This document shows, piece by piece, positions 56,950 through 64,000 of a stretch of 64,000 nt of DNA. The notes beneath the pieces were generated by a model. It searched no databases. It was not told the DNA's origin and saw only the letters and a list, made by a program, of their open reading frames with translations. The stretch's first letter is position 1. Each line of letters opens with the position of its first letter. Source of the DNA: the human T2T-CHM13v2.0 reference genome, Homo sapiens; assembly GCF_009914755.1 (NCBI RefSeq), contig NC_060932.1; one strand, given 5' to 3'. A program made the position numbers and the translations under genes.

Positions 56950-59065
56950 ACTAGACAGAAGATAGTAGGGATGAAGGCCAGTCCGTTATTAGACTGTATA
57001 GAGGTGGGAAGGCCAAACTGAGGAATTATGTTTGACAGAAGGGAAGAAATGACCATGGTGGCCTTCTCAGACCCTGTGGGAAAGACCTCTACCCATCCAG
57101 TGAAAGTGTCTACCCAGACCAAGAGGTATTTTAGTTTTCTGACTCAGGGCATGTGAGTAAAGTCAATTTGCCAGTCCTTGGCAGGGGCAAATCCCCAAGC
57201 TTGATGTGTAGCGAAGGGAGGGGGCCTGAGAAATTCCTGAGGAATAGTAGAATAGCAGATGGAACACTGAGAAGTGATTTTCTTGAGGATAGATTTCCAC
57301 AATGGAAAGGAAATGAGAGGTTCTAAGAGGCGGGCTAGAGGCTTGTAACGTACAAGGAAGAGGTTATGAAATGACAGAATAGAATGGGCCTGTGAGGCTG
57401 GAAGGAGATATTTTCCTTGGTCCAAGAGCCCTTTGCCTTGTGTGGGAAGAGATTGATAGGTGGAAGTTTCAGTGAGAGAGTAGGTGGGAGTGACTGATGA
57501 GAAGGAGAAAAACTGGCCGTGAGGGACAGAGGTTGGGATGCTAGCTGCTTCTTTTAGCTGCCTTATCAGCATAAGCGCTGCCCTGAGTGATGAGATCTGA
57601 TGCCTTTTAATGGCCCTTGCAGTGAATGACTGCAGCTTCCTTTGGAAGTAAAGTGGCCTTGAGAAGAGTTTTTATTAAAGAGGCATAGTGAGGAAACCTT
57701 TTTTCTGCCCAAATAACAGCATGGTGGTACAGGATATGAAAGGCATATTTAGAGTCAGTATAAATATTGATGTGTAGTCTCTTTTGCAAGAGTAAGGGCC
57801 TGAGTTAAGGCAATGAGTTCGGCTTGCTGAGAGGTAGTGGAGTGGGGCAGAGCAGTAGCCTCAAGGATAGATGTTGAAGATACTATAGCATAGCCTGCCT
57901 TTGCTGGTGAATGGCAGTTAGGCCTGGTGGAAATGCCATCAATAAACCAAGTGTGATCAGGGTAAGGAACAGGAAAGAAGGATATATGGGGAAATTGAGT
58001 GAATGCCAGGTGGATTAGAGAGATACAGTCATGGGGGTCAGGTGTGGTATCAGGAATAATGTGGGGGCCAGCCTAAAACAGTAAGGTCAAGTTGTTTGGA
58101 CAGAAAGACTATAGGGTGTGGTACTGGCTCTTGTGTAAGAATTTTGACTGCACAGCCCTGTACTTTGGCTGTGTGTAATGAAAAGTGTTGGGATGAGTTA
58201 GGGAGAGCTAGTGTGGGAACAGCTTCTAGGGCTGTTTTTAACGAATGGAAAGAGGAGTGGTGAAAGGATTTAGGATCTATGGGGTCAGTTAGGTTTGCTT
58301 TTGTGAGTTTATTTAATGGTTTAGTCAGGATGGTAAAACTAGGTATCCAAAGGTGGAAGTACCTAACCATGACTAGGAAGGAAAGGAGTTGTTGTTTTGT
58401 AGAAGGGGTTGGGGTTTGGGAGATTAGCTGGACATGATCAGCAGGGAGAGCACATGTGTTTTCATGAAGATTTATGCTGAGATAGGTAATGGATGAGGAA
58501 GAAATTTGGGCTTGACTGAAGTAATGGGGGCTGTCAGTGAAGCCTTGCGGCAGTACAGCATAGGTAAGTTGCTGAGGCTGATGGGTGTCAGGATCAGTCT
58601 AAGTGAAAGCGAAGAGAGGCTGTGATGAAGGGTGCAAAGGAATAGTAAAGAAAGCATGTTTGAGATCCAGAACAGAATAATGGGTTGTGGAGGGGTTGTG
58701 GAGGGAGGTATTGAGGATAGGAGAGTATATGGGTTCGGCACCATGGGGTGGATAAGCAAAATAATTTGGTTGATAAGGCACAGATCCTGAACTAACTTGT
58801 AAGACTTCTTCGGTTTTTGGACAGGTAAAATGGGGGACTTGTAAGGAGAGTTTATGGGATTTAAAAGGCTATGCTGTAACAGGCAAGTGATAACAGGCTT
58901 TAATCCTTTTAAAGCGTGCTGTGGGATGGGATATTGGCGTTGAGTGGGGTAAGGGTGATTAGGTTTTAGTGGGATAGTAATGGGCATGTGATCGGTTGCC
59001 AGGGAGGGAGTAGAGATGTCCCATACCTGTGGATTAAGGCGGGTAGATACAAGGGGAGGATGCAA
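56950..59065 (-). pseudogene. pol: HERV-H pol remnant with deletions (RT, RNase H, IN)
   Basis: QYPIPQHALKGLKP..PILPVQKP..LVQDL, VLDLKHAFFTIPLHP, NIYTDSKYAF..IHCKGH, DWQIDFTHMP, VDTFTGWVE. Confidence 0.9.
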
Positions 59066-59439
59066 AGGAGACTTTGAACTGGGGGAATGGGTGACAATGA
59101 GGTGTGGCTATAGCCCAGGAATAGTCAGGGAAGCAGATAATTTAGTTAAAATGTCTCAGCCTAATAAGGGAACTGGGCACGTGGGGATAACTAAAAAGAA
59201 GTGAATAAAAGTATTGTCCAAGTTGGCACCACAGTTGGGGAGTTTTAAGAGGTTTAGAACCCTGGCCATCAATACCCACAACAGTTATGGAGGCAAGGGA
59301 AACACACCCTTGAAAAGAAGGTTATGTGGAGTGGGTAGCCTCTGTATAGATTAAGAAGACAATGGACTTACTTTCCACTGTAAGAGTTACCCAAGGCATC
59401 TGTGATGGTCCAGGAGGCTTCCGAAGCAATTGGGCAGCG

Positions 59440-60672
59440 TCAATCTTCAGCTGCTAAGCTGAGAAGATTTGGGAAGGAGTCAGTCAGAGAGCCTTGGGCC
59501 AGAGTTCCAGGGACTCTGGGAGTGGCTGCCAGGTGAGTTGGACAGTCCCATTTCCAGTGGGGTCCCGCACAGATGGGACATGGCTTAGGAGGAATCCTGG
59601 GCTGCAGGCATTCCTTGGCCCAGTGGCCAGATTTCTGGCACTTGAAGCAAGATCCTGGGGGAGGAGGTCCTGAAGGAAGGCCTGACCACTGTGGCTTAGG
59701 CGTTTTGAAGTTCTTATGTGCTGGAGATGTGGCTGGGGTTTCTCTCACAGCAGAGGCAAGTAATTGCAACTCTTCTCTGTTATTGTACACCTTGAAGGCA
59801 AGGTTAATTAAGTCCTGTTGTGGGGTTTGAGGGCCAGAATCTAATTTTTGAGCTTTATTTAATGTTGGGAGCAGATTGGGTAATAAAATGCATAATGAGA
59901 ATAAGCCTTCTGACCCTTCAAGGTCTAGGGCTGTAAAGCGTTTCAGGGTTGCCACCAAACGAGCCATGAACTGGGCTGGGTTTTCATATTTGATGAAAAA
60001 GAGCCTAAACCCTAACTGATTTGGGAGAGGTCGGATAAAGAAAAAGGAGCATTAACCTTGGCTATGCCTTCAGCTCCAGCCACCTCTTTAAGAGGAGATT
60101 GTTGGGCAGGTTGGGGAGGGCTAGTTGCTGAAGGAAACTGTAAGCCAAATTGGGTATGAGAAGGGGAGGTGATAAAAGGATAATACAGTGGGGGAGTGGA
60201 GGCTGAGGAAGAATTCGGACCTGGCTGGACCTGATGAGGAGCAGCCTGGGGAGGAGAGGAGAGGTCAGATGGGTTTGTAGAAAAGAAGGATTCAAAGGAC
60301 TCAGAGCTTGGGGTGGAAACTGAAGGAACAGACAGGAGAGAAAGAAGAAAGATTTGGGATGAGTTGCATGGGGAGCAGAGACTAGGGAGGGACCAATGTG
60401 TAAAAGAATGACTGGACATCAGGCACTTCAGACCCATGTGCCCATTTTTTGACAAAAATCATCCAGGTCTTGTAAAATGGAGAAATCAAAAGTGCCATTT
60501 TCTGGCTATTTAGAACCATTTCTTTCTAAATGGTTTGTATTGGGGCCAAGTGGTGTTGCAGAAGAAAATAAGACACTTAGGTTTTAGGTCAAGCAAGAGT
60601 TGAAGAGGTTTTAAGTTTTTGAGAACAAAGGCTAAGGGAGAAGAAGGGGGAATGGAGGGTAGAAGGTTGCCC
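59440..60672 (-). pseudogene. gag: HERV-H gag remnant
   Basis: MGNLLPSIPPSSPL..CNTTWPQY (MA); two zinc knuckles CFKCQKSGHWAKEC and CPICAGPHWKWDC; ends ..LAAED* at 59440. Confidence 0.88.
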
Positions 60673-61190
60673 ATAGTGAAGGAGGCAAGCCCAGAGAAAA
60701 GAGAGGGTAGAAACACAGAGAAGGGGGGTGGTGAGTAGCCAAAGCAGGCGTCCCCGCAATTGACTTGCCACCAAGGGAATGTGGGTGAATGACCAAGGCA
60801 GGCATCCCCACAGTGATCAGACACCAATGGAGTGTGGCTGAATAATCAGGCAGGCATCCATGCAGTGATTAAACACTAAGGGAAGACTGTCTTCCCAAGT
60901 CCGTGACCAGTGCCGGAGTTTTGGGTCCACGGATAAAATGTGTCTCCTTTGTCTCTACTAGGGAGGAAAAAGAACTGAATTGGAAGGACAGGGAGATTGA
61001 AGGGTAGCGAGAGAAGGAGATTGAAGGGTAGCAAGAGAGGCTGGAGAAGAGAGTGAAAAGACTGTTTACCTGATTTGAAATTGGTGAGATGTTCCTTGGG
61101 CTGTTTGGTCTGAGGACCTGAGGTCGTAGGCAGATCTCCTCATGGAGTGAGGGTGAGGACAGGGGCTGGTCTCCCAAAGGAGTCCTCCTG

Positions 61191-61209
61191 TTCCGGGTCT
61201 TTGGCACCA
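61191..61209 (-). promoter_or_regulatory. HERV-H primer binding site, atypical (Phe-like rather than His)
   Basis: TGGTGCCAAAGACCCGGAA directly after the 5' LTR. Confidence 0.7.
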
Positions 61210-61211
61210 AA

Positions 61212-61589
61212 TATCACGCACGTCCGTGTGAAGAGATCACCAAACAGGCTTTGTGTGAGCAACAAGGCTGTTTATTTCATCTGGGTGCAGGTGGGCTGAG
61301 TCAGAAAAGAGAGTCAGTGAAGGGAGATAGGGGTGGGGCCATTTTATAGGATTTGGGTAGGTAGTAGAAACTTACAGTCAAAGAGGGTTGTTCTCTGGCG
61401 GGCAGGGGCGGGGGTCACAAGGTGCTCAGTGGGAGAGCTTTCGAACCAGGATAAGCCATGAAAAGGAATTTCACAAGGTAGTGTTATCAGTTAAGGCAGG
61501 AACCATCCATTTTCACTTCTTTTGTGTTTCTTCAGTTACTTCAGGCCATCTGGATGTATAGGTGCAGGCTTGGGCTCAGAGGCCTGACA
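61212..61589 (-). repeat. HERV-H 5' LTR (LTR7 family)
   Basis: 378 bp, about 92% identical to the 3' LTR by eye; terminal CA mutated to TA. Confidence 0.93.
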
Positions 61590-61849
61590 AATTCCATATG
61601 CTTGTGTAATTCCTTCCATTTGTATGTTATCCCAATTTACCACCAGTCAGAGGTTAATATTTATGCTGCTATGCTGTTACTTTGTGTTGGGCACTGTACA
61701 TATTCCCAACATTCTTAGAAAATCGTTCCTCATTGCCAGCCAACCTGCAGCTGATTAAGTTCCAGAATTTAGTGATTGTTGTAGCTTGGATACCCTGGGA
61801 GGCCAATTCTGAGACTGAGATTAACATGAAGGAAGTTTACCTAGGGAGC

Positions 61850-62930
61850 TGATACGGTTTGGATCTATGTCCCTACCCAAATCTCATGTTGAATTATAAT
61901 CCTCAATGTTGGAGGTGGGGCCTGGTGGGAGGTGATTGAATCATAAGGGTAGATCCTTCATGAATAGTTTAGCACCATCCTTTCGTTGCTGTTCTCTTGA
62001 TAGATTCTCATGAGATCTGGTTGTTTTAAAGTGTATAGCACCTTCCCCCACTTTCTCTTCCTCCTGCTCTGGCCATGTGAAGACATGCCTGCTTCCTTTT
62101 GCTTTACATCATGATTGTAAGTTTCCTGAGGCCCCTTCAGCTCTGCTTCTTGTACAGCCTTGGAACTGAGAGGTGAAGCTGGCTGGGTTTCTGGGTCGGG
62201 TGGGGACTTGGAGAACTTTTCTGTCTAGCTGAAGGATTGTAAATGCACCAACCAGCGCTCTTTTTTCTAGCTAAAGATTTGTAAATGCACCAATCAGCAC
62301 TCTGTCAAAATGGACCAACCAACACTCTGTAAAATGGACTAATCAGCTCTCTGTAAAATGGACCAATCAGCTGGATGTGGGTGGGCCAAATAAGGGAATA
62401 AAAGTAGGCCATCCAAGCCAGCAGCAGCAACCTGCTCGGGTCCCCTTCCACAGTGTGGAGGCTCTATTCTTTTGCTCTTCACAATAAATCTTGCTGCTGC
62501 TCACCCTTTGGGTCTGCACTGTGTTTATGAGCTGTAACACTCACCGCAAAGGTCTGCAGCTTCACTCCTGAAGCCAGTGAGACTGCAAACCCACCAGGAA
62601 GAATGAACAACTCTGGACAGGCCACCTTTAAGAGCTGTAACGCTCACTGTGAAGGTCTGCAGCTTCACTCCTGAAGTCAGCAAGACCACGAACCCACCAG
62701 AAGGAAGAAACTCCAGACATATCTGAACATCTGAAGGAACAAGTTCTGGACACACCATCTTTAAGAACTGTAACACTCACTGCAAGCGTCCGCGGCTTCA
62801 TTCTTGAAGTCAGCGAGACCAAGAACCCACCAATTCCAGACACAGAACCATGAGCCCATTAAACCTCTTTTATTTATAAATTACCCAGTCTCAGGTATTT
62901 CTTTATAGTAGTGTAAGAACAGACTAATAA
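61850..62930 (+). mobile_element. MST (MSTA/B-like) MaLR LTR split by LTR12
   Basis: TGATACGGTTTGGATCTATGTCCCTACCCAAATCTCATG start; ATTAAACCTCTTT..CCCAGTCTCAGGTATTTCTTTATAG..ACAGACTAATA end. Confidence 0.9.
62167..62844 (+). mobile_element. LTR12 (ERV9) solo LTR
   Basis: TGAGAGGTGAAGCTGGCTGGG start, tandem CCAATCAGC-type repeats, AATAAA, U5 repeats (AAGGTCTGCAGCTTCACTCCTGAAG), ends CCAATTCCAGACACA; perfect TSD GAAC. Confidence 0.94.
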
Positions 62931-62959
62931 AAGAGTATGCTCAGAATTAAACCTGTGGC

Positions 62960-63118
62960 TAGGCTTGTCATATTAGCAAATAATAATACAGGACTGCCAG
63001 TTAAATTTAAATTTTTGGTAAACAATGAGTAATTTTTAATATAAAATACACCATTTGGGACCCAATTATCTGAAATTCAAATTTAACTGAGTGTCCTGTA
63101 TTTTATGTGACTACTATA
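62960..63118 (+). mobile_element. MER53 palindromic hAT MITE
   Basis: ATACAGGACTGCCAGTTAAATTTAAATTT...AAATTCAAATTTAACTGAGTGTCCTGTAT inverted arms; 8-bp near-TSD CCTGTGGC/TCTGTGGA. Confidence 0.82.
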
Positions 63119-64000
63119 TCTGTGGAGGAAGGGAAGGAAGTTGACAGTGTCTTTAGCCTCAGCTGGCCCTTTAAGGAACTCTGAAGTTAGGCTGCATCTT
63201 CAATTTTGTTACTAACTGGGGCAAGGAGGCTGAATTCTATATCCTAGAATTGACCAGTCATTGGGTGCAGACTGTAGCCAAGAGAGAATCATTACCTTGG
63301 GGAAGGCAGCTCTTTTCAGCTGAGATTAATTTGCTGAGAAAGCTGGCAGCTGAGGGCTGTCGGTCAACAGCACTCCCAGAAGCCAGGGGAATACAGTCCT
63401 GAAGGGAGTACCTGGCGGGGTACATCAGAGTGTCTATTTTAATCATCATCATTATCATCAACATCCTCATTATTTATCTCTTCTCATGTAAATGCTCTTA
63501 ATGTTATGTGAAAAACCACTTTGGTAACAGTTCCCAACCAGGGTCTTTCTCACTGCTAAAGGTTGTGGATGAAGGTCATCTCCCCGAATAAGGCCTTGAT
63601 GCTAGTTTCTAAGACCCTTGCTCTCCCTCCCTAAACTCTATGGCATACCATCCTCAGATCAGTGTCCTGCCATTGCTCTGGAGACCACGCAGGAACTCTT
63701 GCTCAGAACCAGCCTTCTTTGCAGCCTTGGATACTTTTTCCTATATGTTCTTTCTTCTGATACTAATGGGGGTCAAGACTTTGGATTAAGGCTGAACAAT
63801 CCCTCTATGTTCTTGATTTTATTTTGGCTTCTCTCTTCTGGGACCTTAATCCATTTACTTTTCCCTCTTTCCTGCACTTTCAAGTTCTCTTCGGCTTACT
63901 AGAATTCAAGTCACCTATACTAAAAGGCACATACTCTTGACCTATATCTTTTTTTAGCTTCAATTTAGTCAATCCTCTTGCATCTTTAGTCCTTTAAAAG

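Larger units (their letters stand above)
55662..61589 (-). mobile_element. HERV-H provirus (common internally deleted 5.9-kb form) with two LTR7-family LTRs
   Basis: LTRs begin TGTCAGGCCTCTGAGCCCAAGC on the minus strand; perfect 5-bp TSD AATTC at 55657-55661 and 61590-61594; PBS, gag zinc knuckles, pol and env remnants, PPT AAGAAGACAGGAA. Confidence 0.96.
61780..63430 (-). mobile_element. Old ERVL-class LTR fragmented by MST, LTR12 and MER53
   Basis: TCTGAGACTGAGATTAACATGAAGGAAGTTTA (about 61810) continues as CTCAGAATTAAACCTGTGG (about 62940) and ACCAGTCATTGG..ACCTTGGGGAAGGCAGCTCTTTTCAGCTGAG..CACTCCCAGAAGC (63250-63400). Confidence 0.6.

Noticed and set aside
58472-59967. 197-aa and 175-aa ORFs as intact retroviral proteins
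   Set aside because: They are fragments of frameshifted, deleted HERV-H pol and gag; not full-length.
62280-62800. Regular repeats within 62.3-62.8 kb
   Set aside because: These are the normal U3 CCAAT repeats and U5 tandem repeats of LTR12.
62960-63118. MER53 hairpin as a miR-1302-family precursor
   Set aside because: Only TTGGGAC is retained and the following mature sequence appears deleted; no expression evidence.

Overview
This is primate (human/catarrhine-like) genomic DNA, not prokaryotic or viral. It is repeat-dense and looks intergenic or intronic, and I can support no host protein-coding exon. The informative ORFs in the track are decayed retroviral gag/pol/env or L1 ORF1/ORF2 fragments; the rest are Alu read-through or chance ORFs. 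The left edge (1-500) is a housekeeping-type promoter: a 204-bp pure-purine G/(GA)n tract, an ETS-CRE composite element and two oppositely oriented ZNF143/THAP11 ACTACA-N-TCCCA sites. The gene it serves is not identifiable here. Moving right, the main elements are: (1) a MER51-type solo LTR; (2) a gag/env-deleted MER4-group ERV1 provirus with a tRNA-Arg PBS (1530-10167), carrying a THE1 LTR in pol and an L1PA in its 3' LTR; (3) a Tigger3 that contains a copy of DNA from 1.2 kb upstream; (4) a near-full-length old L1P that stops at the ORF2 stop codon and holds two inverted Alus; (5) an LTR-less ERV1 IN-env fragment; (6) many Alus, MIR, L2, MaLR and DNA-transposon relics; (7) a MER4 solo LTR; (8) a 5.9-kb HERV-H provirus (55662-61589, minus strand, perfect AATTC TSD, atypical Phe-like PBS) nested with MST, LTR12 and MER53 inside an older ERVL-class element. 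I did not find a new multi-gene biological system. The best oddities are mechanistic footprints (templated capture, mini 3' transduction, TSD-less truncated Alus, PBS variant) and possible LTR-derived regulatory arrangements. Subfamily names are from recalled consensus sequences and need RepeatMasker/Dfam confirmation; percent identities are approximate counts by eye.
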